Positions 1-11,574 of a stretch of DNA of 64,000 nucleotides are shown here, one piece after another (position 1 is the stretch's first letter; every line of letters starts with the position of its first letter). Both the position numbers and the translations under genes were made by a program. Location: the NCBI GenBank assembly GCA_965655095.1, contig OZ296648.1, positions 8,556,001 to 8,620,000 of the forward strand, given 5' to 3'. The notes under the pieces were generated by a model. The model was not told the DNA's origin. It was given only the letters and a program-made list of their open reading frames with translations, and searched no databases. Origin of the DNA: Haplodiscus bocki. Its lineage: Eukaryota.

Positions 1-2190
1 TTGTTTGTTTTCTAGAAATGATGGTCCGATTTTCTGGCAATGATACTCCTTACCTTACTTTAGAAACATATGATGTCGTATTCAGTCATTTTCCGCGATA
101 ATTTATGATGTCAATTGCCAATTGATTTTCTTAATTCAGGGCTCAATCAGGAGATTTCTATTTTGGCTCGTGTAATTCAGGCACTTCTGCGATTATTGGT
201 TTCATTTTCTCGAAATTCTGGTCCAAATATTTTCCAAAATTTGTCCTAAACGACCCTTTCATATTTTTGTTGGGGCTTCATCAAAAGCAGTGTATATGTA
301 GATTGTTTTAACCGATGCCAATTTTCCAGTTCGTTCCAGGTCTCATTGAATTGTTTAATTGAATTGGTTTGTCAGTCAGAATATTTATTCTCATCGATAG
401 TTTAACGATATCGAACATTAGTTGAAACTCTGACTAGGAAATAATTGTTTTGTAAAGAGAATAGCTCGCCAAGAGCATTTTGCCTCTTGTTGAAAATTCT
501 TTTTAACAAAGACTATGGTTGGATTGCGACCATCGAGTGCTTCTTCGAAAATCGCGATGTGGAGTATCTGAGGAGCCGATATGTCTCGTTTCAATCGTTT
601 CATTTTCTAGACATGAATTATTTTGAATTGTTGCTTGAGATTCGATTTTTTTTGCTGGCGTCTTTTTAATATCGATGTCAGAAGATAAATATAGTGACTA
701 CGTCGACCTTTTTTTTCAGCTTCTATGTCCTTGATTCTTCTGACTGGCCTGATGATTTCAACCTGTTGCTATATATTATGCTGTAATAGCGTATCAGAAC
801 GATAACCACTTTCAACTTGAAAAGCGCGAGGAACGTGTTTTAAACCATACGAAGTGGCTATTTTGTAAATTTTTCAGTACTTGCTAGCAAAATTGAACCA
901 AAGTCGACAGTTTTGGTTTTTTCGTCCTCATTTTTGCTACATTCGCGTTAAAGTCCATTTTTTCCGTACATATAGACCAAGTTATTGCCACCGTACCATT
1001 TTGATTTTTCCGGAGAGAACTTCAAGTTTGTGTATTTTTGGTCACGATAATTGTCATATCTCTCACTTTTGCTAATTTTCGGCCCTTTCGCTCCTTAGCC
1101 TTGGACCTCAATATCAATCTACACTACACAACTAGCATAAATCAATTCAGAATGTTAAATATGGGAATCTTTTCCAACCTTTTTTGAAATTTTTGTCCAA
1201 AAGCGTCTTAAGTGTTATGTAAATTAGCCAAAATCAGCCAATTTTTTGATTTTCGCAGAATTTTCGCTCTTCGCAATTCTTAACAAATTTCTAAGTATCA
1301 GTTAAAACTGATACGATACAGGAGCGGAAATCTCAAAGCGTGCTATCAATTCTCCTGAAAATGAATCATCTATGAGGTTCTCAGATGTCTTAAAGTACAA
1401 AAAAATCTTCATTTTCAACTTTGTGAATTTTCCGGTCTTTTGTTTTCTAATTCGGCTTTCTAGCAAAAAGTGCAATGAAAGCCGATGCTGGAGAACATAC
1501 TGGGTAAGTTTCCCTTGAAAACGACTGTTTTGTAAGAAGTAGATCATTTATACTGTTTTCGAGTCTGCGAAAGTAGCTCAATGCGAGGTTTTCCTGAAGC
1601 TTTTGCTCCGCCTTCCTACTTACCGTTGTGACTAAGCATCCACCTGATTTAGCTACAAGGTGTTAAGTTTCAAGGAACTTTGCTTCTTTGTGACAAATGT
1701 GTCGGAAATGGAACTTTCAGTGCTTTATAGTCAGCCAGAGAACTGCTCAAATCATCGACTATTCTCTGAAATTTTCTTTTGCCTACCAAGTCAATTTTCA
1801 GCTAAAAATCTACCATCAAGCAATGAAATTGAATGAAGTGTAGGAAGTTTGAGATTTCTCGAAATCAAATATTATGAAATAACAAAGTAGATTGCCGAGG
1901 GGCCCAGTTTTATTTCGCCTTTGCTGAGCATACTTTCGTAACCCAGCATGCAAACCCTGCTGAGTTGTAGAGCAAAATCCTGTTAGAAAAACGTTGAAAA
2001 TTTGGAACTCCTTGGCCTTTTGCTGTAGATCCAACGCCAACCCCCTCTCTTTGTCGTAATATCTGCCAAATGATCCCAGGAATGGAACATCCAGGTGAAA
2101 CTAAAGGACGAGGACCGTCTTAATTGAGAAGGAGAGGGTATGGAGAATGCATTGTGCGGTTAAATTAACCAGAATCAGGAAAATGTCAAA

Positions 2191-3968
2191 CTAATTCTAA
2201 TCAATTTATTACATCATAAACCATGAATATAAATATAGAATACAAGCTCAAGGCAGGCGAGCCACTTTAAAGTACGACCGCACTTTTAAATAAAAACAAG
2301 AAAATTTTGAAAAATTCCAATGCGCGACAATCTTTTCGATTGCAAATGTTTCTCCTTCCCCTTTGAGCTTAACGCAATCGACGAGAACTTGAGCGAATGC
2401 CGCAATAGCCGTCTCTTCAAGGATTAAAACCATGAAGCGAGCAAAGGATCGACTGACCGTTGCCTAAAACGTACATCTTGAAGAAATCGTGGAAAAGAAC
2501 GGATTTTTCTCATCGTTTTGTTGAAATGAAAGAAGCTTCTGGTAATATGGACCATAATGGCTGTAAATTGTATAGCGCCGGTACCCTTCTGGTAAAACAG
2601 CGATCGAATTCTTTTGTAAGTGATTTCAGCGGGGACACTCGGCTTGCCGAAGATCGTAACCTCTATGGGAACTTGTTGGGAGAATATTGTGCAACATGGT
2701 GGTAGAATGATCCTTCCGCGGGCAAACGACAGTAAAATTGGAGAGTTCATACACATGTACCTAGTAAACAGCAAGAAATTTGTATTGGATCATCAGTTTA
2801 TCAACTTGGGCAAAAATGATGCTGTGAAGCATCCGTTCTGCAATCTCAAGATTGGCGGTTCGAGGGGAAAAGGAGTGCACCCGTTTTCAGAACGTCTTAT
2901 TGCCTGATGGGATCCATGTTTTTTGAGAAATAACTATTTCGATCTGGACAGTAATCGTCGAGAGCGAAGATTCGTGTTTTGCAGAAAAGGAGCTTCGACT
3001 TCACTCAATTAATATTATTGAATGGCTTTTTTTCCAAATTGTACTCTCTCGGACTTGTTTGGATAGCACTTCTGTTGCTGGGCCTTCATCCATGCATCGA
3101 CAGTGTCGAGTGTCTGCGGAAGTGATTGTGCTTTACTCTCTTGATTGTGGTATATATTGCTATTGTCGGCGAAGAGTGCGATATCAGCATTTATTTTTTG
3201 ACGAAGATCATTGATGTATAAAAAAAGAGCGAAGGACCTATGTCAGACACTTGAAGTATTCAGCAATTAAGTGCTCTGATTGAAGAGCTGTTGTCATCAA
3301 CTTGCAATTATTGTTTCCTGTTACTAAGATAAGACTTGATTTAAAAGACTGCATCTGAAACCATGCGCTTCAAATGTACTCAATAAAACTCCTTGATTGA
3401 GAAATTGGAAGCATTTTGAAGTACCGAAATAAACAACAGGAATTATTTTCGTTGTTTTCCATTGCGTGTCGGATTTGTTGAACAACAGAAGGAAGAGTTG
3501 AGACCGATCATCTCATCATACAACGAAATGATATGTCATCTTGTGTGATGGGCGTGTTTCGAGGTTACCTGCAAGTGAGAGATCCAGGCACGATTCAGAT
3601 TGGCCGAAAGTTGTGGCGGATTCGAGAAGACTTCTCAGAAAAAGATTGATGCTTCTAATCGGATGAGTACTTCGACCGTGTGTTTTGTGTCTTTCGGCAA
3701 ATCAACGTTCAAATCGCCAGCGATGATCCAGTTTCTTTCAAAGTTTAAAGTTTTTCATTGAGGTCATCTTGTCAAGCAGCGATTCGGGTTAATCTGTTTT
3801 TGAGAACTTTTTTACACCTGTAAATCGTCGGAATCAAAAACAATTGTGGGCTCAGAACTGTCAATAGGAGCCACTCTCTGCATCTTTCTTGCGAACACGA
3901 AATTGGAATTCTCTTTTGGTAGAAAGCGCAACACCACCACGTTCGTCCTAACACCTGTTAAATGTTAT
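2191..3968 (-). mobile_element. Decayed non-LTR retrotransposon (CR1/L2-type LINE), 3' part: distal APE endonuclease and reverse transcriptase remnants
   Basis: Minus-strand translation across frameshifts gives EN motifs GGVAL (~3935), TIYR and WIIAGDLNVDL (~3700-3735). RT remnants are KSYLSNRKQ (~3315-3340) and QVSDIGPSLF..YINDLRQKINADIALFADN (3160-3255; degenerate GVPQGSxLGP / FADD). Probable 3' end: AATAAA (2205-2210, minus) followed by a short ttagaattag tail. EN-to-RT spacing is only a few hundred bp, implying an internal deletion. Confidence 0.8.
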
Positions 3969-3977
3969 AATTTTAGG

Positions 3978-4115
3978 GGTTACAGGACTTTTGCTACCAG
4001 TCCATTTGCTACTAGGATCTTTGCTACCACACAAATTGCCACTGGGTCATTTGCTACTAGGTACCATTTGCTACTGCGTAATCATTGCTACTATAATCCA
4101 AATGCTACTACGTAC
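3978..4115 (+). repeat. Left TIR of the MULE, built of ~15-16-bp subrepeats (core tttgctact)
   Basis: About 8 periodic tgctac/tgccac cores, mirrored at 6300-6437. Confidence 0.9.
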
Positions 4116-4800
4116 TCCAAAATTTGTGGAGGCCATACATGATCACAATCAATTTAAACAATTGCGTAATTGATTGACAGCGTGCGGTACGCTCATCAAA
4201 AGCAAAATAGTGAACAACATTAAAAATCGGTAAACAATTCATCACTTTTACTCAATTGTCTACACGTAAACACAATGGCTTACTCGATTTCAACAAATGC
4301 GTAACTTGATTGACAGTCGTTCTTTGTTTCGAACATACGGTATGTGCTTCAAAAGCAGAGAAGTAAACAACATTATACTCCAGCAAACAACGTTTTCGTA
4401 CGCGTGCATAAAGTTACTCATCTATCAATCAAAAAATTTTAAACGTTGCACTGTTGCTACGATATTGAACCGCCTTTACTTTGGCGATTGTTTCCAAATG
4501 GGTACTGCTTGTGCCTTTGAAGTTTATGAAACGAGTTCGAACCTTTCATTTGTCTATTCTTCTAGGAAATCCGAAATATTCAATTCCCGGTTTACACAAT
4601 TTCCAACTTCCTGGAGTTTGGAAAAACCGGGTTGCGGCGGGGAAAGGTAGAAAAAACCCTTAAAAATGCCCTGATCCAGGAACCAAAATTTGGGCACTCA
4701 ATTCGCAGTAGTTTTTTAGAAAATTTATTTTGAAAAAAACATGGAAAAGACACGACTAAATTATAATAACTTGAATAACAAATCGTGTCGTGTCAATCAG

Positions 4801-6140
4801 TCACTGGAGATGAGCGATGCTCCTTAGGAAAGGAATGATATTTTCCATGTTTTCGTCATAGGAAGTAATGAGAGTTTGAACTCGAACATTCAGCTGTTGA
4901 TATTTTCTGCGCGGTTCCTTTTGGTGGCCAGTCACAGCCTGTAGGGCATTGAATTTATGGAGTAGAGCATCTTGGCGGAACTTCTGGAGGAAAGTCCAAA
5001 CGTCCGGATGACTGCCGCTAAAAAGCGACTGGATTCCATAATGCCAGCCTCTGCTAGTAGTAATGGGGCTCTGCTAGTACCTCTAATATAGGTTTTTTGG
5101 AATTAGCAAGCAAATTGCTCGACTTTTTCTGAAACTTCATCTTCAGATTCGAGTCTCAGAAGGATGTCGCTTACCTCTTCCATTACTAAATTGAAACCGT
5201 CTTCAACCTGCTCCACTGGTAAAAAAGCAGTTGCTGGTTCCATCTTCAAGGCTTAGGCCAACTCTGGGGTTGTTGTATAAGCTTTTTTCAAGCCGACTTC
5301 ATTTATCTTGCGCAGAACGGATTGACACAGATGAAAGTAACATCCAGTACTTTGTGCAGTTGGGAACGTTGTGGAAAACGCATTAACAGCCGACTTCTCG
5401 CAGTCCATCATTATTCTTTCATGATTTGCATTCGGTATTAACTGTAGTAGGGCTTGGGTTAAATCATGGTACGTTTTTTTAGTTTTGTTTGGTAAGAGAG
5501 CGTATACACAGGGTGGGTTGTAACCGCCAATTGTAACATGGATTGTGTACAATTGGTAAAACATGTCCGGACATTGCTTGAAGGTTCCGTCACCAAGCCA
5601 TAAGTCCTTTATGGTTTCAAGCAAAAGAAGCATATCTGTCAAGGCAAATATGATGAATCTTTCGGTTTCATCTTTTCCTTTGTCGAAAGCAACAAAATCC
5701 TCGAACTCTTCGGGAATTTGAAAATCTTTTCCATGAGGTATGTGCAGAAGAGCATTTGCAAATTTTCTCTTGTATCTTTTGAGTGACTTCACAATAGTTT
5801 CTTGAGGTGGCAAATTCATTTGCGTTGCCACGTCATTTTGAATTTCTTGGAGAGTTGACGCGATGGCCACGTAGTTCGTTGTTGTTAGTGCCTTTTCTTT
5901 CTTTTTGTTTTTGGCTTGTCTCGCTTCCGTTGCTCCTGGCTTAAAGTTGCAGATATGATCTTTTGGCATTTTTATAATTTCACTTCCTGACGTTATTACT
6001 AAACTTGAACATTCAATTTGACGATGATGGCGGCAAATCCAATGTGTTGTTGTGTTCGTTTCTTGCTTTTTGACGTATTCATAACCTTGATATATGAGAG
6101 TTGGACGTCCTCGGTTGGAAGTTCCGAATTCAATATTCAT
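4801..6140 (-). pseudogene. FLYWCH-MULE transposase pseudogene
   Basis: The 295-aa ORF (5253-6140) has a FLYWCH-like N-terminus (LIYQGYEY..HWIC..C..H) and the motifs WLGDGTF, FYQLYTIH, VYALLPNK, IMMDCE and GCYFHLCQ (CxxH). Homology continues past stops at 5253 and ~5103 and a frameshift into GWHYGIQSLFSGSHPDVWTFLQKF...FLRSIAHLQ* (stop at 4801). The RTNNxxE segment carrying the catalytic Glu is missing. Confidence 0.93.
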
Positions 6141-6299
6141 TTTGATGAGCTAGTTGACAATTGAGTGAAATTCAACTGATGTCTCACATATATATAGCGA
6201 ATAGATGATTACTTAATCAAGAGATTAGTGAATCACGTTAATTATGCTAATTATGAAGCGGAAGTGCGTCAGTGGTAAATGTCTTAGTACATTACTTGA

Positions 6300-6437
6300 C
6301 AATAAGTAGTGGCAAGGTGGTAATAGTAGCAAATTGACTAGTAGCGATTATCACCTAGTAGCAAACTGCCTAGTAGCATTTGTTCTAGTAGCAAAAGGCC
6401 TAGTAGCAAATTAACTAGTAGCAAACGTCCTGACACC
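6300..6437 (-). repeat. Right TIR of the MULE (ctagtagcaaa subrepeats)
   Basis: Periodic tagtagc cores ending in ...gcaaacgtcctgacacc. Confidence 0.9.
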
Positions 6438-6446
6438 AATTTTATG

Positions 6447-7050
6447 ATATCTATCCGTCAGAAAACAGTAGTGTAATCCCTGTGATTGTTCAACTAAGTC
6501 TCTGAGCTGTATGACTTGGTTGAATATCATTTGTAAGCAAAAAAAAATAGAATTATTCTCTAACAGAATCGAGAGACCTATTGTTGGCATTCAAAACATT
6601 CACCTTTAAACCTTGACTCTCCTGACTGATTTGTTTATGTGAATTTAAAATATCATTGAATAGCACTGGATTTAAAACACCAGTTAGTTTCGTCTGTGCG
6701 GAAAGGGAAGTAGAGTTAGTGGATTCCTCGTTGCAGTTTAAAACCTGGTTAATATCGGCAGGACAGCTTCAGCAAATAGTTTGAGCACACTTTCGTTATT
6801 CGAGTATCCTTCCAGAACAGGGGAGAGGTCCAATGTTCCTTCCTTGCTTCTCTTGTCGTCAAAGAAAGGAGTATTAAGCTTTCGAGTGAGTGGTGGCTGT
6901 GAAAGTGGTGTATCAAACAGTGCTTCTTTGGTTTTTGGAGGGTTCATTTCGGATTCACACTCCGTCGCTCGATACGAAATAGATTTGTATTTTTTTTCGT
7001 CGGGGCGAAATAAGTTTCTTCAATCTTGCCTATTAGTCAGTTCATGACAG
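6447..7050 (-). mobile_element. 5' part of the same LINE: endonuclease N-terminus and probable ORF1 remnant
   Basis: Minus strand reads NVLNANNRSL (~6570-6600) and a degenerate SET*L (ETWL motif, ~6490-6505). These join across the MULE TSD to TFNR..GGVAL at 3930-3968. Assignment of 6738-7050 to ORF1 is positional only. Confidence 0.6.
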
Positions 7051-7313
7051 GCTAGAGAAACTCCGATCAAGTTCGATGAAACTATCGCTCACCAAAATCG
7101 TCCATTTCAATTAGAGGTAGCTGGTGTTAGCAGTGATCTTATTAGCTGACAAATCACTATCACACAACCAGAAGCTCACTACTAGTACCACAGTCCATGT
7201 TAAAATGTAAAGAGACATTTTTAGGGGTTTCAATTGTAGTCAGTTTCTAACACTGACTGGTGTACTCTTTTTCCTGGAGAATGTTAGATGCAAATTTTTT
7301 GGTTTGCGTTTAG

Positions 7314-7410
7314 TTGTGGGTTTGCAACGATGAAAGACGTGAAAACGAAGACGTTAGAAGACAGAATGGAGAGCTTCGTGCTGAGTGAAACCTTCAAATA
7401 TCTCTATCTA
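7314..7410 (+). CDS. EDEM1: EDEM1-like ER degradation-enhancing alpha-mannosidase (GH47), internal exon
   Basis: ag|T TGT... encodes [32 protein letters not shown], followed by donor gttagt. This is the conserved GH47 MESFxLxETxKYLYL motif. Confidence 0.9.
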
Positions 7411-7710
7411 GTTAGTATTTAAAGGGTAACTTAAACTAATGCCCCAGAAAATTGCTCACTTCCGTCTTTGCTCTTCAAAATCATGGGTTACGCCGCGAAC
7501 GGAAGGCCTGTTTACACTTTCCTTGTTGCCAATTTTTGTTTTTTTTTCCAAGTACTAGACTCCGGTTTGAAGAGGACTATGTTCCTATGCATCTAAAAAG
7601 AACCAACTGGTTTGACCCCAAATGTGAATTGAAAGACGGTCTGAGTTGGTTTGATTGATCTCTATCTTTACCCATGTCGCATTTGTGTCATGGTATTGTG
7701 TGTGTTTTAG

Positions 7711-7926
7711 CTCTTTGATGAGGACAACTACCTGCACTCTTCAGAACTGGCGGGAAAGTACCTCTTTTCCACGGAAGGGCACGTACTCCCAGTTGTGAAA
7801 TATTCCTCATCCAGCGGCTCAAAGTACAGAGGCGAGTCAGCTGACCCGTCATCCTCCCCTCTGAACTGGTTCTGGCCAAAAAATCCATTACCAGTCGACA
7901 ACAATTATGCTCAACAAAACCCAACA
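7711..7926 (+). CDS. EDEM1: EDEM1-like, penultimate coding exon
   Basis: Acceptor ttttag; encodes LFDEDNYLHSSELAGKYLFSTEGHVLP...QQNPT; donor gtgagt. Phase 0 matches the previous exon. LFDEDN and the TEGH Ca-binding motif are as in EDEM1. Confidence 0.88.
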
Positions 7927-8303
7927 GTGAGTATGCAACCAAATTTTTGGCGCAGAAGTCTTTTCAAGATCTGCTCTTGTTGGCATGGTATTAACTGTAA
8001 ATTCTAATGTGTTTTTAAAATACAAAGATGTTTGTAATCATCTCTATTTTCTCTTAAATCTGTGAAACAGGCTGGATTTCCGTTTTAACATCAAATGGTG
8101 TATGTTCTGTGGAATATATTTGACAAGAGTCGAAATCTTTCTTAAGTAAGAGCGGTTTTGGTCCATGCTCCAATTTCAATGTCATTCAGAGTTTGTCATG
8201 CTTTCATGTGCCTGACAGTGCATTTCACCTCTACCTAAACTCTGTTTCAACTTTTTCTGTACTAATTTCCAGCTTGACACGTATATGGAACAGTGTATTT
8301 CAG

Positions 8304-8396
8304 TGTGACGCTGTGCCTTTTCTGTACCAACACTCGTTGCCTTTGCCGCCTCATCTCTTACACCAAATCGAGCGATTAGTGGGGCTGCACTCTTGA
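8304..8396 (+). CDS. EDEM1: EDEM1-like, last coding exon
   Basis: Acceptor tttcag; encodes CDAVPFLYQHSLPLPPHLLHQIERLVGLHS*. This resembles the EDEM1-type C-terminus (C..VP....SLPL.....QI..MVGL) and lacks the long EDEM3 extension. Confidence 0.82.
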   Translation, partial: CDAVPFLYQHSLPLPPHLLHQIERLVGLHS

Positions 8397-10255
8397 CCTA
8401 ATCCTTGATCTTGACCTGATAGGACCTCGCCTGATAACATTTCCACAAGACCACATATTTAAATGCTGGTTTATGCACAACGAAACAAGTGGGGAAAGTT
8501 AAAAACAAACCGAGAAATCTGTGCCGCAATTTGTCATCAGGGAAACTTCGCCGATAAATGCACCTTGTCTATTTTGTCAATCAGATGAACCACAAGGCTT
8601 CTGGAACTCTAAGACAATTCAATGGAAGCCGTTTTGACCGTTTCTGCATTACATGTGTTTGGGTTTGGGATTTCAAAATCATTTTGTAGTCCTTAATAAC
8701 AACATTAGTAAGAATTAATTCGAGTCTCAAAAATTTATCAATGAACCTAACTATGTCAACTGGCACGTCGTTTGAATTATAAAAGTTTTTTGTAGCTTAT
8801 ACTACCTTGTAAAAAAAATCGAAATTTCGAGCTTATATTGCGCGTATAATGCATTATCTTGTTATAATTTTGGGATAATCTCTTTGAGTATTTTTTATGC
8901 GGGACGAAGAATTTTCAATAGAATTTTCTGGGTACCTTCTCAGAACGTTACTTTTCCTGAACTTTGGTTTTGGCAGTAAAAGGCATTTATATTTGAAATT
9001 TGTATATAGCTGACTAAAATATACTACTATTGTGATTGGCAAAAATATCTTTTCGGTTTTTTTCGGAACGAATATCCCTAATTTTTTCACGAAAAGTTTT
9101 CGTGAAATGCCTTTGGTGCCTTCCTGCGAATACCGCGTCGTACAGGTTCTGAGAGAGCTTTTGCTTAGACTTTGAAAAACCGTCGGTTAGTGTAAAGTCG
9201 TGCCTTTTAGTAAAAATTAGGATACTAGAAAATTATGGTAATGTTTTTGTAAAACTCCAATGTCGTAGTGGTGTTTCGCATCATTTCGTTGTTTTCTACG
9301 ACAAAGACTCTTCAATTCGGACATTATCTAAGGTAAAAAACTGAATTTAATTTAATTGTTCTTTAGGCATGTTCTCATTGGCAGAAAGGGTACCCACCAT
9401 GAGAATACTGCCAATAGCGGAAAACAACCGGAGCAGGCTTGAATTTGGAGGGAAGACCAACCGAACCATAGATGGCAAATATATGCAATTTTCATATATA
9501 TATATGCTACCTCAGAAAGAAAAATGTGTATTGTCAAAATTTTATAATTTACACCGGATTGACCACCTGACATTCAAATCATCCTATGCATCATAAACTG
9601 CCACACAAAAAAAGATCGTTTACAGTACTGCCATTACTTTCATATTTTTTCTATGGTCTTAGTATGGAAGGTATGTCGGCCATAAACTTTTATGGCCTGT
9701 TAATGACTTTAAGGGTAATCTTTGTGGTCATGCAACCTTTTGATGTTTTTACATTGTGGCATTCTGTAAAACTCATGTTTTGGCTTTTTGTCATTTTTTG
9801 GAACGAGCGTTTTCTCTTTATATCACTTTTTGAAACTCATTTTTTTTGGAATTTTGCCCCATATTTAGTGGCTATACGTTTTCCTCAGCTTAACTTATTT
9901 CGTTTTAAAGGAATTCGTGCAGCCATTCCGCTGTAGACTTAGTCGTCGAAATACAAAATCCTTATACGAATTTCGCCTACTTTTTGGACATGCTCAAATT
10001 TTCTCTAGTTCCTAATAGTTTTGTCAGTTGTCAAAAAACGGTGCACCGTGACTCAAATATTTTTGTCCACGGCATACAGTCCGATCTGTATATATGAATC
10101 CTCATTGACGAAGGTGTTCGGTATTCCTAAGTGGAGTGCCTCTAGGCAAACTGAGGTGCATGCTCCTCTTAAAAACGGTTTTCGATTTTTCACTAAAGAG
10201 AATTAGTGTAGGAAATCCTGTTATAACTCACAGTATATATTCACAGTATCACACT

Positions 10256-10374
10256 AGCGTTTTGTAATTTACTTGATATATATAGATGTGAATATTGTAG
10301 TTAAATATTTTGTTTGTTGGTAAAATGCGTTCGATTCAAGATTTTCATATATATCAAGTAAATTTTTCAACGCT
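10256..10374. repeat. Imperfect inverted repeat (~28-bp arms, 18-bp perfect core, ~60-bp spacer)
   Basis: agcgttttgtaatttacttgatatatata (10256-10284) versus atatatatcaagtaaatttttcaacgct (10347-10374). Confidence 0.8.
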
Positions 10375-10469
10375 TTTGTATTAACTTCATATGGATTTAA
10401 ACAGGGTTTCTTTCATTTTGATTCAAGTGAAATGCAAGGTGTTGGTCTAGTGAAAGACAAGTAATCTGG

Positions 10470-10855
10470 AGATGGTGATAGATGACATAGATTCAATTGG
10501 AAGCGGATAGGGTGAAAATACACTAGACGCTATTGGTAGCTGGATGATATAGCTGATTTTGGAACCGGGAGAATATAAATTTAATTGGAATCGTGATGAT
10601 ACAGATTTCATTGGATGCTGAATTTGATGGACGATATTGGAAATAGGATAATATGAGGATATTGGGCTTGGTTATGGTGGATGATATTGGAAGCGGGTTA
10701 ATATAGATTTAATCGGAAGCAGGATAAGATATGCTTATTGGAAGCAAGATAATATAGATGTAATTGGAAACGGGACATTGTGGATGAAGTTTGGAAGCGG
10801 TATATAATCGATAATATTAGAAGTAGGATGTGATGGATGGAATTAGAACGAGATC
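10470..10855 (+). repeat. Degenerate ~26-bp minisatellite (consensus approx. ttggaagcnggataatatagatntaa), ~14 copies
   Basis: ttggaa-like anchors at ~10496, 10533, 10559, 10585, 10611, 10637, 10662, 10687, 10713, 10738, 10764, 10791, 10817 and 10843. Confidence 0.88.
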
Positions 10856-10984
10856 GTGCTGTGTTTTGCAGAATTGCAAAATGCAGATGTGATAAAAAAC
10901 TGTCGCATTACAAGTAACGCCTAACGTTGATTAATTAAAGTGAACATTGTTAATTAGTGCTAATCTTTTTGCGCGGCGGAATAA

Positions 10985-11570
10985 TAATGCAAGAAATATA
11001 GAAAGCTGGTGGAATAAATGAACAGTTGGGATTCCACAGATATCCAGCTATAGAATCCTCTACACAATCAGTACCCGAATCAAAATCTAGTTGTACTAAA
11101 TGATTAAACAAAGTATACTCTGTAATGATTATCTTGAGACTGATAAGTTTTATGTCGAAAAAATCAAAGGTGTGCTAAATGTGAAGAATGAGCTTTAAAA
11201 ATTGTAAAGTGGTCTATTTGTGAGAAATAATTGTTGAAGAATTTTTCAACAATTCTTATTTATTATTCTTCTTAAATCGTTCTATTTTAACAATAAGAAA
11301 ACAATACATAATACAGCAACTGTGTGAATAGATTCACTAGTATATGCATCCTGTGGAGACGAAAAAACTAATAGAACCTGAATTGTAGGTCGTTTTGTAG
11401 GAAAACCTATCATATGCTGAGTAATTTACTACTAGCACCCGAATGTCGAAACTTAAAAATAATAGCTCGATGTTCCCAACAGTATCCTGGCAACTGTGTT
11501 GTTGAACAAAATGCATTTTCAATTGATGAATGGAAGTTTATGTTGCTCTTTTTGATAGTACGTTACATTC
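10985..11570 (+). pseudogene. Possible remnant of a Polinton/adintovirus-associated coiled-coil/membrane protein (unit 1; present in all units)
   Basis: Frameshifted pieces MxEIQKAGGINEQLGFHRYP..SILRL, MSKLKNNSS and EQNAFSIDEWKFML resemble, from memory, a Polinton-linked family with LYP..RL..SKLN..D..IS.EEF motifs. Heavily decayed; weak call. Confidence 0.3.
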
Positions 11571-11574
11571 TAAG

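Larger units (their letters stand above)
3978..6437 (-). mobile_element. Mutator-like (MULE) DNA transposon, 2,460 bp, with TIRs and 9-bp TSD
   Basis: Left end ggttacaggacttttgctaccag (3978) matches the reverse complement of the right end, ggtgtcaggacgtttgctactag (6437). Flanks are aattttagg (3969-3977) and aattttatg (6438-6446): a 9-bp TSD with 1 mismatch, the size typical of Mutator. Contains a MULE transposase. Confidence 0.93.

Noticed and set aside
1460-1510. Candidate exon ending in gg|gtaagt as the preceding EDEM1 exon
   Set aside because: None of the three frames resembles the GH47 sequence expected before CGFAT.
1-2150. Short ORFs and possible degraded TE/MITE sequence
   Set aside because: No recognisable motif, paired TIR or TSD found by eye; left unannotated.
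3846-4173. Repetitive ORFs (FATSPFATRIFAT...)
   Set aside because: They are translations of the MULE TIR subrepeats.
8500-10230. Hydrophobic ORFs such as 9586-9936
   Set aside because: T-rich intergenic or UTR sequence with no splice or homology support.
10470-10855. CRISPR-like array
   Set aside because: Degenerate tandem monomers without unique spacers, eukaryotic context, no cas genes.
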